Below the pieces are notes generated by a model. It was not told where the DNA came from, did not search any database, and was given only the letters and a program-made list of their open reading frames with translations. This document shows, in pieces, positions 1 to 7,731 of a stretch of DNA of 27,721 nt. Position 1 is the first letter of the stretch. The number at the start of each line of letters is the position of its first letter. The position numbers and the translations under genes are program-made. The DNA comes from Bacteroidota bacterium (GTDB taxonomy: Bacteria > Bacteroidota > Bacteroidia > UBA7662 > CANHCV01): assembly GCA_027488715.1 (NCBI GenBank), contig JAIYBD010000229.1, positions 1 to 27,721 of the forward strand, read 5' to 3'.

Positions 1-378
1 AAAGAAACCAAAACCAAGAATCCAAAAAAACAACTGACGTTTCCCCTTTTGGTAATTACGTAAGAATTGATTTCCCCAAAATGAAAATGAAAATAAAAAA
101 ATGATCGGCTCCCAACGAGGTCGGAAAATGGGGTACCACAAATCAATTTTTGGAAGATTCCAAAAACAAATCAGAAAAATACCAAGCGAGGCAATGGACA
201 TGATCCAAAAAGAAAGTGTACGGCGTAAAAAAAAAGGATATCCAACAACAAGAACCCCGGAAATCCCACCGATCAAGGCACTATAAATGTTGCTATCCAC
301 CATCCACTCGAAAAGGCCTAAAATAACAAATAGGATTCCGAGGGATATTTCGAGCGGCCGAAACTTAAACGATTTCAT
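1..378 (-). CDS. Hydrophobic integral membrane protein, 3' end truncated by the window edge; family unresolved
   Basis: Not in the ORF track. My translation of the minus strand from ATG 378 (in-frame ATG also at 381) is stop-free to position 1, 126 codons: MKSFKFRPLEISLGILFVILGLFEWMVDSNIYSALIGGISGVLVVGYPFFLRRTLSFWIMSIASLGIFLICFW... It has several hydrophobic stretches. TAGATTTG lies 4 nt upstream of ATG 378. Confidence 0.75.
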   Translation of the reverse strand, partial: MKSFKFRPLEISLGILFVILGLFEWMVDSNIYSALIGGISGVLVVGYPFFLRRTLSFWIMSIASLGIFLICFWNLPKIDLWYPIFRPRWEPIIFLFSFSFWGNQFLRNYQKGKRQLFFWILGFGFF

Positions 379-382
379 CATT

Positions 383-390
383 CAAATCTA
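383..390 (-). promoter_or_regulatory. Bacteroidota sigma-ABfr type -7 element (TAGATTTG) for the minus-strand membrane protein gene
   Basis: Exact TAnnTTTG match, 4 nt before ATG 378. Confidence 0.65.
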
Positions 391-403
391 CTAAACATCC
401 TCC

Positions 404-411
404 TACCTTTG
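404..411 (+). promoter_or_regulatory. -7 element (TACCTTTG) for the eamA-SDR-namZ unit
   Basis: Exact TAnnTTTG match, then TGAA, then GTG 416. Confidence 0.75.
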
Positions 412-415
412 TGAA

Positions 416-1318
416 GTGATGACAAAAGCCAACAAAATTGTTTGGATCCATTTCGCACTTTTAGGTGTGGCCCTCATTTATTCTGCTAATAACCTCATTG
501 CAAAAATTGCCATGCCCGAATTTATTGAATCCCGTGGCTTGGTTTTGGTTCGGGTAACTGGAGCTATTTTTTTATTTTTTATCCTCCATATTTTCCTCTA
601 CAAATCACCTCCTTCCTTCCCTCCTAAAAGGATTTGGAAAGAGTTGATCATCTGCGGACTTTGTGGTGTTGCGTTCAACATGTTGTTATTTTTTCGTGGA
701 TTGGATTTAACACAGCCCATCAATGCGGGAGTCATCATGGTAATCTCGCCTTTATTGGTAACTACGTTCGGAATTTTTTCAAAAAAGAAATGGCCAAATT
801 TTACCATTTGGGCTGGGATTATTTTGGGATTAGGGGGTGCTTGGGGATTAATTCTAGCAGGAAAAGGTGGAATTCACGGCTCTTTGGGCGATTTCTACAT
901 CTTTTTAAATGCGGTGTTTTATTCCATTTATTTGGTACGTGTAAAACCATTAATGAAAGAATTTAAACCGCTATGGGTCGTTTTCTGGGTGATGATCGTT
1001 GGTTGGTTGGTTCTCTTTGTTGTTGGTTTTGATCAAGCTTGTGCCGTTCAATGGTCGAATATGCCCGCAAAAGCGTGGATGAGTATCGGTTTTGTTATCG
1101 TATTCACCACATTTCTCGCCTATCAACTAAATATTTGGGCCCTTGCCCATGCCGATAGTACCTTGGTGGGGGCTTATATTTATTTGCAACCATTATTTAC
1201 GGCATGTTTTGCTATTTATTTCGGGTTTGATCAGCTCAACATGGAGAAAGTTTATTTGGGATTATCGATTATTGCTGGAGTTTTTTTAGTTAGTTCTCAA
1301 ACGAAAAAGTATGAGTAA
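416..1318 (+). CDS. DMT superfamily, EamA-type transporter (two EamA repeats, about 10 TM)
   Basis: 300 aa, hydrophobic throughout. Family-like segments include ANNLIAK, VLVRVTGA, GLDLTQPINAGVI and YIYLQPLF. Start is GTG 416 or ATG 419. Confidence 0.88.
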   Translation: MMTKANKIVWIHFALLGVALIYSANNLIAKIAMPEFIESRGLVLVRVTGAIFLFFILHIFLYKSPPSFPPKRIWKELIICGLCGVAFNMLLFFRGLDLTQPINAGVIMVISPLLVTTFGIFSKKKWPNFTIWAGIILGLGGAWGLILAGKGGIHGSLGDFYIFLNAVFYSIYLVRVKPLMKEFKPLWVVFWVMIVGWLVLFVVGFDQACAVQWSNMPAKAWMSIGFVIVFTTFLAYQLNIWALAHADSTLVGAYIYLQPLFTACFAIYFGFDQLNMEKVYLGLSIIAGVFLVSSQTKKYE

Positions 1319-1982
1319 GTTAAAAGTATATGTAACAGGTGGAAGCCGCGGCATTGGAGCTGCTATTGCCCAACGTTTCCTCGCCGCGGAGGCTGAAGTC
1401 GTAATCAGTTCTCGAAATGCTCCTTCTTGGGAAGGCGCTCACTGGATTCAGGCCGACCTAGGACTGAAATCAGATGCCATTCAAGCCGCCAACAAAGCCA
1501 AAGAAATCCTTGGCGAAATCGATGTATTGGTGAACAACGGCGGATTATTTCTACCTGGGACCATTACCGAAGAAAACGATAAAGTTTTCGAAGCCATGAT
1601 GCAAGTAAACGTGGCCAGTGCTTACCACACCTCCCGGGTGATTGTACCATTAATGAAAGAACGAAAAAGCGGACACGTCTTTAACATGTGCAGTATTGCT
1701 AGTGAAACCGCTTATGCTGCAGGTGGAAGTTATACCATTGCCAAACATGCCTTACTGGGTTTAGGTAAGGTCCTTCGAGAAGAATGTAAAACCTTTGGAG
1801 TTCGGGTAACCAATGTTATGCCCGGTGCAGTACTTACCGATTCTTGGGCTGGCGTGGATTTACCTGAAAGCCGTTTTATCCCCGTAGAAGATATTGCAGA
1901 AACGATTTGGAATTGCCACCAATTGAGCCGCCGAAGCGTTATCGAAGAACTGGTTATTCGTCCTCAATTGGGAGATATTTAA
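1311..1982 (+). CDS. Short-chain dehydrogenase/reductase (SDR) family oxidoreductase
   Basis: Rossmann motif VTGGSRGIG (TGxxxGxG), LVNNGG, catalytic YTIAK (YxxxK) and VMPGAV. Overlaps the eamA stop by 8 nt. Confidence 0.93.
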   Translation: MSKLKVYVTGGSRGIGAAIAQRFLAAEAEVVISSRNAPSWEGAHWIQADLGLKSDAIQAANKAKEILGEIDVLVNNGGLFLPGTITEENDKVFEAMMQVNVASAYHTSRVIVPLMKERKSGHVFNMCSIASETAYAAGGSYTIAKHALLGLGKVLREECKTFGVRVTNVMPGAVLTDSWAGVDLPESRFIPVEDIAETIWNCHQLSRRSVIEELVIRPQLGDI

Positions 1983-3148
1983 TGAAAATAAAACTTCTTT
2001 TCTTCTTTTTGTTTTGCAGCTTTTTTTCGGAAGCACAACCCATTTGCGGTGCAGATCAAACGTGGAAATACTTGAAAGAATTGAGAGGAAAAAGGGTCGC
2101 TTGCATGGTTAATCCAACCTCTACCCTAACCTACAAACAGTCCCAACCTATCCACCTTGTCGATTTTCTGAAAAGTCAAAAAATCAATATTCAAGTCATT
2201 TTTGCTCCTGAGCACGGATTTCGGGGAGAGGCAGAAGCTGGTGCATCCATTAAGGATGGGATCGACACCAAATCTGGGGTAAAAGTGATTTCTCTTTACG
2301 GAAATAAAAAGAAGCCCAGCAAAAAAGACTTGGATTCTGTAGATGTTGTTTTGTTTGATATTCAAGATGTTGGTGTTCGATTCTACACTTACCTTGGATC
2401 CTTACATTATCTGATGGAGGCATGTTCTGAATTCAAAAAAAGATTGATTATTCTTGATCGGCCTAACCCAAACGGGCACTATGTGGATGGACCTGTTTTG
2501 GATACGGCTTATAAATCTTTTGTAGGAATGCATCCTGTTCCCGTTGTTCATGGGTGTACAGTTGGTGAATATGCCCAGATGATGTTGGGTGAAAAATGGG
2601 TGAAAACTTCGAAAAATTTTCAAATAACGGTTATTCCAATCAAACACTACAATCACCAAACGAGGTACGCACTTCCCATTCCACCATCACCTAATTTACC
2701 TAATGAAACATCCATTTACCTTTATCCGAGCATTTGCTTTTTTGAAGGAACGAATTTAAGTTTAGGAAGAGGCACTTTTGCGCCATTCCAAATGGTCGGT
2801 GCTCCCTGGTTTTCCGATACGACATTTTCATTTACGCCCATCTCCATCAAGGGGAAAGCGGAAAATCCTCCTTTTAAAAACCAAAGGTGTTTCGGAAGAA
2901 ATTATCAAACCGAAGCATACAAAATTTATCGAGAGAAGCAAATTCGATTGCAACCATTACTGGAGTTTTATTCAGCTCATCCCGATTCAATAACCTTTTT
3001 CACTTCTTTTTTCAACCAATTAGCAGGGTCAGATCAGTTGAGGAAACAAATTGAAAAAGGATGGAACGAACAAGAAATCCGCGCAACTTGGCTGCCCGAT
3101 TTGCTTAAATACGAGGCGATAAGAAAGAAATATTTACTTTATCCTTGA
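1982..3148 (+). CDS. namZ: DUF1343 / NamZ-family exo-beta-N-acetylmuramidase, secreted
   Basis: Motifs FAPEHGFRG, FDIQDVGVRFYTY, LDRPNPNG, PSPNLP and FEGTNLSLGRGT. Start moved from 1907 to ATG 1982, which gives a TAATG overlap with the SDR stop and a signal-peptide-like N-terminus (MKIKLLFFFLFCSFFSEAQ); 388 aa. Confidence 0.88.
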   Translation: MKIKLLFFFLFCSFFSEAQPICGADQTWKYLKELRGKRVACMVNPTSTLTYKQSQPIHLVDFLKSQKINIQVIFAPEHGFRGEAEAGASIKDGIDTKSGVKVISLYGNKKKPSKKDLDSVDVVLFDIQDVGVRFYTYLGSLHYLMEACSEFKKRLIILDRPNPNGHYVDGPVLDTAYKSFVGMHPVPVVHGCTVGEYAQMMLGEKWVKTSKNFQITVIPIKHYNHQTRYALPIPPSPNLPNETSIYLYPSICFFEGTNLSLGRGTFAPFQMVGAPWFSDTTFSFTPISIKGKAENPPFKNQRCFGRNYQTEAYKIYREKQIRLQPLLEFYSAHPDSITFFTSFFNQLAGSDQLRKQIEKGWNEQEIRATWLPDLLKYEAIRKKYLLYP

Positions 3149-4482
3149 TCGTGTATATCATTGAAAACCACACCGTAATTCTCTAGCTTCTTAAGTATAG
3201 GTTCATGCCATTTTGCATGAACAGGAATACGCACACCCGAGTCTTTGACCTCTCCTTTCATGAAACTCTCCACCGCAAATGCGATGGGTAAACCCACAGT
3301 TACTGCCATGGCGGTGTGAATTTGATCCTTGCCTTCTAAAACCAAGTAAGATTTAAGATGATGAATTTCGCCTTCGAGTTGGTATTTGAAAAGGTGAACC
3401 ATGGCAATCATGTCCCGATCACCAGGCGCTAATACCCAGTGTTTTTCCAAAATCGACTGAAGCGCCTGGGCAGGTGTAAACTCTTTTTCAAAACCCAAAT
3501 CAATATCATCGGTCAATTTTAGAAACTCAATTTTTTGGATTAAATCGTTCAAATCGGCACGAGGAACTAATTTTATGGCTTCTTCAACCCAATTTTCCAC
3601 CGTTGAATCAGACAAAACCAAAGCGAATAAATCTTTCCGAGTTTTGATTTTTTGAGGAGATAGCATTAAGGTATCGTCGGTTAAACCCAACTGAACAAAG
3701 AAATTCCAAGCTCTACAATAATTCAATTTTCTCAACGTGCCCCGGTAAAGGGTCTCTAAGTTTTTCAATCCGTAAACATCTTCGTAAGAAGTAGAATCTC
3801 GATTCGCATAGCCTTCGAATTTTCCATATCCTGGAATTTCAACTTCATCGATTCGGTCGAACAACTGATGATAGGGAATGGTTTTTAGTTGTTTGTGATG
3901 AATAAAGGTGCTCATTCCTTGCCCCGCTAAAACTACGTTTCTGGGATTCCAAGAGAATTTGTAATTCCAAGGGTTATTGTCGGATTCTGGAGCAACCAAT
4001 CCACCGCAATACGACTCGAATCCAAGGATGGTGGCTCCTTTGCGGTGGAGATCATCGATAATCTTTTGGGCACTCATGTGGTCGATGCCTGGATCAAGAC
4101 CACACTCATTCATGAACAACAATCCTTGCTTTAATACCTGCCCTTCCAAAGCCTTCATTTGAGGGCTAATGTAAGATGCGGTGAACAAGTGCTTTTTGTA
4201 TGTAAGACAAAATTTAGCGACCGTGGGATGTAAAAACGCAGGAACCATGGAAATGACAACGTCATGAGAGGCAATATAATTTTCCCATTCACTTGCGTCC
4301 TGGCTCTTTAGCGTCGAAGTATGGATGTTAGGATATTGCGATTTGATTTCATTTAATAAGCTAGAATTGGAATCAATGACGGTGAATTGCCAATTCTCTT
4401 TGCGAGTAATATCCGCTAATGCTTGAATTAATGACGCTGTTGAACGTCCGGCTCCAATTTGTAAAATCCTAGTTAATTCCAT
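3139..4482 (-). CDS. Saccharopine dehydrogenase family protein (Lys9 / AASS SDH-domain-like)
   Basis: IGAGRS nucleotide-binding start, ECGLDPGIDHMSA, FESYCGGL, NPWNYKFSWNPRNVVLAGQ, LYRGTLR and TAMAVTVGLP. Confidence 0.9.
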   Translation of the reverse strand: MELTRILQIGAGRSTASLIQALADITRKENWQFTVIDSNSSLLNEIKSQYPNIHTSTLKSQDASEWENYIASHDVVISMVPAFLHPTVAKFCLTYKKHLFTASYISPQMKALEGQVLKQGLLFMNECGLDPGIDHMSAQKIIDDLHRKGATILGFESYCGGLVAPESDNNPWNYKFSWNPRNVVLAGQGMSTFIHHKQLKTIPYHQLFDRIDEVEIPGYGKFEGYANRDSTSYEDVYGLKNLETLYRGTLRKLNYCRAWNFFVQLGLTDDTLMLSPQKIKTRKDLFALVLSDSTVENWVEEAIKLVPRADLNDLIQKIEFLKLTDDIDLGFEKEFTPAQALQSILEKHWVLAPGDRDMIAMVHLFKYQLEGEIHHLKSYLVLEGKDQIHTAMAVTVGLPIAFAVESFMKGEVKDSGVRIPVHAKWHEPILKKLENYGVVFNDIHDQG

Positions 4483-4486
4483 CTCG

Positions 4487-4494
4487 CAAAGTTA
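4487..4494 (-). promoter_or_regulatory. -7 element (TAACTTTG) for saccharopine dehydrogenase
   Basis: Exact TAnnTTTG match, then CGAG, then ATG 4482. Confidence 0.75.
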
Positions 4495-4540
4495 GGTAAA
4501 GGAATAGTGAAAAATATTTTCATGATTGAAAAAACATCAT

Positions 4541-4548
4541 TACCTTTG
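4541..4548 (+). promoter_or_regulatory. -7 element (TACCTTTG) for the 45-aa basic protein
   Basis: Exact match. TTTC at 4518-4521 lies 19 nt upstream and may be the -33 element. An A-rich leader precedes ATG 4570. Confidence 0.75.
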
Positions 4549-4569
4549 CATCCTAAAAAATAAGAAACC

Positions 4570-4707
4570 ATGGCCGTTACTAAAGTTCAGCGCAAGAAGA
4601 AGAAATTGAGAATGCGTAATGATTTGCGCACTCAATTGTTGAAGCAATCTCGCAAAGGTTCTTACAAGAATCCAAATCCAGTTGTAGAAGCTGCTTCAGC
4701 AGAATAA
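4570..4707 (+). CDS. Small basic protein, 45 aa, function unknown
   Basis: Translates to MAVTKVQRKKKKLRMRNDLRTQLLKQSRKGSYKNPNPVVEAASAE. It has its own promoter and terminator and fills an otherwise empty gap. Below the ORF-track size cutoff. Confidence 0.8.
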   Translation: MAVTKVQRKKKKLRMRNDLRTQLLKQSRKGSYKNPNPVVEAASAE

Positions 4708-4721
4708 TTTCTCTGAAAAAT

Positions 4722-4750
4722 AAAAAAGGCCGTCATTCGACGGCCTTTTT
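4722..4750. terminator. Bidirectional intrinsic terminator
   Basis: AAAAAA-GGCCGTC-ATTC-GACGGCC-TTTTT: perfect 7-bp GC-rich stem flanked by A and T tracts, between the convergent stops at 4707 and 4754. Confidence 0.88.
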
Positions 4751-4753
4751 CGT

Positions 4754-5356
4754 TTAAAACAAACCCAATTGCTGGGTTCCTGGATCATTTCCTGAACTTT
4801 TCTTGTTCGATTTCTTTTTGGCCACATTCTTTTGCGGCATAGGCGCAAAAAACCATGGATCGTTTTCCACCGTTTCTTCGGTTACTTTTTCAGTTATAGT
4901 TTCGTGAGATTCCCTTTCCGCAAGAACGACTTCCTCTTTTTGTACTTCCATAACCTCTTCCGTATCCGCTACTTTTTGCCGTGGCGCTTCACCTTCCAAA
5001 GGGGTTGAGGTTATTTCAACCTCTGGTTTCTGCCAACTTGTTTGAGGCACTTCCATTCCCTGGTTTAATGCACCCCACTCAAATAAAGCCGCTGTAATGG
5101 GAACCATGGATTCCCCCAAAGAGGTAAGCGTATATTCCACCCGAGGCGGAATTTGGGGGAAACTTTTCCGAACCAATAAACCATCGGCCTGTAATTCCAC
5201 CAAGGACGACGTTAGCATCTTTTGTGTGATTCCCACAATATCTGCTTTTAAATCAGAAAATCTTTTGGGACCGTATTTCAATTCCCAAACAATCATGGAC
5301 TTCCATCTTCCACCAATGCGATCAAGCGCATACTTGATGACTTGTGCGTCTTTCAT
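4754..5356 (-). CDS. HxlR (MarR/DUF24) winged-helix transcriptional regulator with a ~100-aa C-terminal extension ending in QQLGLF
   Basis: Residues ~5-98 match HxlR (ALDRIGGRWK, GPKRFSDL, GITQKML, PPRVEYTLTSLG, EWG). An in-frame stop 8 codons upstream fixes the start. The tail is E/T/V/K-rich and low complexity. Confidence 0.88.
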   Translation of the reverse strand: MKDAQVIKYALDRIGGRWKSMIVWELKYGPKRFSDLKADIVGITQKMLTSSLVELQADGLLVRKSFPQIPPRVEYTLTSLGESMVPITAALFEWGALNQGMEVPQTSWQKPEVEITSTPLEGEAPRQKVADTEEVMEVQKEEVVLAERESHETITEKVTEETVENDPWFFAPMPQKNVAKKKSNKKSSGNDPGTQQLGLF

Positions 5357-5409
5357 TTGTTTCTTTTTGTAATTTAATTACGCAAATAAACATTATGAAA
5401 ATGAAATCT

Positions 5410-5437
5410 TGGTTACTTTTTTAAAGAAAAGTATCCA
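5410..5437. promoter_or_regulatory. Inverted repeat, candidate operator between the HxlR gene and the divergent GT4 operon
   Basis: TGGTTACTTTT-TTAAAG-AAAAGTATCCA: 11-bp arms with one mismatch and a 6-nt spacer. Confidence 0.5.
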
Positions 5438-5452
5438 CAAATTTTCGAGTTG

Positions 5453-5460
5453 TATCTTTG
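5453..5460 (+). promoter_or_regulatory. -7 element (TATCTTTG) for the GT4-flippase-RluA unit
   Basis: Exact match, then AAAG, then GTG 5465. Confidence 0.75.
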
Positions 5461-5464
5461 AAAG

Positions 5465-6514
5465 GTGAATCAAAAAAAGTCATGGGTTTTTATTACCGAT
5501 TGGTATCCAAGAGAAACAGACCCTTGGAATGGTATTTTCATTGCAAAATGGCTTGATTTTCTAAAAGATGATTTTGATTTCACCGTTATTGTTTGGCGAT
5601 CAAAACAAAGTAGAAATCAATTATGCATTCAAGACACTTCCTTCGGGAAAGAAATCATCATTGAAACTCGTAGCGGACTTTCTGGTGCTTGGTGGCATTG
5701 GATGAAATTTAGAAAGCAGGTTATTCGTGAATTACCCAATAATTTTCAACTTCTTCTCGCTCCACTTCCTTGGTCTTGGGTCCTAAAAAACTTCTTTTTG
5801 GGTTCAAAAAATTACCAACTATCTGAACACCAATCAACGTATTTCCCACTTTATTTTCAAAATCTCTCTTTTTGGAAGAAATTACTTTATCGAAAAGGTT
5901 TAGCAGGTGCTACCCATATTTTTACGGTTTCTTTAGCATTGAAATCTGCTATTTTAACCGAGCTCCCCTCGGCTCAAGTTTCAGTTATTCCAAATCGAGT
6001 AGAAAGAATTCCCATGAAAGGTCGAATAAAAAAGAATCGAATTGCTATCATTGGTGACATTCGCGATCAAGTGAAAGGTATTTCCCAGGGTTTGGAATGG
6101 ATACAGCAAGCTTTTCCATCCTATGAAATTGCCGTGGTAGGAAATGGTCCAGACTTAACGAGAATTAAAGAAACGTTTCCGAAAGTATCTTTTTTACCCG
6201 CTATGCCCCACGATGAATTGTTGTTGTTTATTGAGGAAACCTCTGTTGTGGTAATTAACTCTCCTTTTGAAACTTTTAGTCTCTTAGCATACGAAGTTCA
6301 ACAATTAGGAACTTACCTACTCTGCCGAAAAAATGGAGGACCTGAAGATTATTCTTCCGAACACGTTGTTTGGTTCAGCAATTCATCTGAATTTTCGGTT
6401 GGGGCTCAGAAAATTAAAGAGAATATTTCCCGGAACCAATTTCCTCCCCCGTTTCATCATCAATCTCTTGAAGATTCGAAGATTCTTCAGTTATGGAAGG
6501 AAGCCCTCCAATGA
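5465..6514 (+). CDS. GT-B fold glycosyltransferase, probably GT4
   Basis: N-terminal ITDWYP...GIF, HIFTVS, VIPN, AVVGNGP and the EX7E motif ETFSLLAYE followed by NGG. GTG start. Confidence 0.78.
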   Translation: MNQKKSWVFITDWYPRETDPWNGIFIAKWLDFLKDDFDFTVIVWRSKQSRNQLCIQDTSFGKEIIIETRSGLSGAWWHWMKFRKQVIRELPNNFQLLLAPLPWSWVLKNFFLGSKNYQLSEHQSTYFPLYFQNLSFWKKLLYRKGLAGATHIFTVSLALKSAILTELPSAQVSVIPNRVERIPMKGRIKKNRIAIIGDIRDQVKGISQGLEWIQQAFPSYEIAVVGNGPDLTRIKETFPKVSFLPAMPHDELLLFIEETSVVVINSPFETFSLLAYEVQQLGTYLLCRKNGGPEDYSSEHVVWFSNSSEFSVGAQKIKENISRNQFPPPFHHQSLEDSKILQLWKEALQ

Positions 6515-7731
6515 AAACCATTGTTCAAGTTATTGGAACGCTTTCCACCCGAGTATTAGGAAACCTCATCACTCTTTTGATGTTGGGATATTGGGCCAAA
6601 GTATATGGAATTGATTTTCTAGGGTTCATATCCTTATTCACACTTCAGATCTCCGTTTCTTTTATTTTCTCTGGGATTTTCGCTGGATCCTCGGCTATCT
6701 TTTTTTCAAATCAGTGGAAAAATGGAACCCTGTTTACGGCCTCCATGGTTGGGACTATGGTTTGTTCCATCGGTTCATCGTTGGCTTTGTGGTCGATGGG
6801 ATTGATACCTTCGGAAGCGAATTCCTTTTTCCTCGTAGCGGCTCTTTTCCACGCTTTGGGTTCTTTGTTACAATCCATACACCTCGGACGAGGAAATGTT
6901 GGAGTTTTTAACCATATTCAGTTGATTCAAAATGTAGGTCTTCCCTTTCTTTTCTTTGTTTTACCCATTTCTGATCCATTTGAATTATATGGATATTCTT
7001 GGATTGGAGCTCAAGGAATATCCGGATTGTATGCCGTTATTCGATTCCCCAAATCAGAAGATGGAGAATCGTTATCGTTTGGTTTGGCAACAAAAAAAAT
7101 GTTCAAGTATGGATTTTGGGGACAGTTGACGAATTTAGGACAAATGTTGAATTACCGTTTTTCGTATTATTTGCTTGATTTTTATCATGGACGTGAAGCG
7201 GTTGGAATTTTTTCTGCTGCTATTCAATTGGCAGAATCGACTTGGTTACCAGCTAAAAGCATGGGTACGGTTCATTTAAGTCGATTGCTCAACCTTCCCG
7301 AGCAGGAAGATGATACACCAGCATCCATGAAAGTTGCTTTTTGGGCTTCTCTTGCTGGTGTTGTGGTACTCATGGCTATTCCTAACGATTTGTTTATCCT
7401 CATCTTTGGTGCAAAGTTTTCGAAGGCATTTCCCTATTTTCTTGGTTTAGGTCCAGGAATTATCATCTTTTCGTTTGCCATTATCATCGCCCAATTTTTT
7501 GCTGCTAAAAACAAAATTCAATTGAATTCCATCGCAACCATCTTCGGACTGTTGGCCACTTTAAGTTTGGGATTTGCCTTGGTTCAACCGTTTGAAGTAT
7601 TGGGAGCCGTAATGACGACATCCATTTCTCATGTGATCAATGCTTTTGTCCTACTTTACTTCTACCATAAACAATCGCCCATTCCTTGGAAATTCATCCT
7701 AAACCCGTTTCAATGGAAAACTTCCAAATAA
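6511..7731 (+). CDS. MOP superfamily oligosaccharide/polysaccharide flippase (Wzx/MATE-like)
   Basis: About 12 hydrophobic segments; KYGFWGQLTNLGQMLNYRFSYYLL, VGIFSAAIQLAE and LGPGI. Start moved from 6493 to ATG 6511 (ATGA overlap with the GT stop); 406 aa. Confidence 0.78.
   Translation: MKTIVQVIGTLSTRVLGNLITLLMLGYWAKVYGIDFLGFISLFTLQISVSFIFSGIFAGSSAIFFSNQWKNGTLFTASMVGTMVCSIGSSLALWSMGLIPSEANSFFLVAALFHALGSLLQSIHLGRGNVGVFNHIQLIQNVGLPFLFFVLPISDPFELYGYSWIGAQGISGLYAVIRFPKSEDGESLSFGLATKKMFKYGFWGQLTNLGQMLNYRFSYYLLDFYHGREAVGIFSAAIQLAESTWLPAKSMGTVHLSRLLNLPEQEDDTPASMKVAFWASLAGVVVLMAIPNDLFILIFGAKFSKAFPYFLGLGPGIIIFSFAIIIAQFFAAKNKIQLNSIATIFGLLATLSLGFALVQPFEVLGAVMTTSISHVINAFVLLYFYHKQSPIPWKFILNPFQWKTSK

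Noticed and set aside
101-286. 61-aa plus-strand ORF in the track
   Set aside because: Antisense shadow of the longer minus-strand membrane protein frame, which has a promoter element.
5465-6514. Possibility that the GT4 gene is bshA, given bshC nearby
   Set aside because: It lacks the BshA N-terminal signature (roughly YPTxGGSGxxATELG) and is coupled to a flippase instead.
7092-7099. Homopolymer tracts (A8 in the flippase, A7 at 5472-5478 in GT4) as phase-variation sites
   Set aside because: Runs of 7-8 A/T are common in this AT-rich sequence, and both frames are intact.
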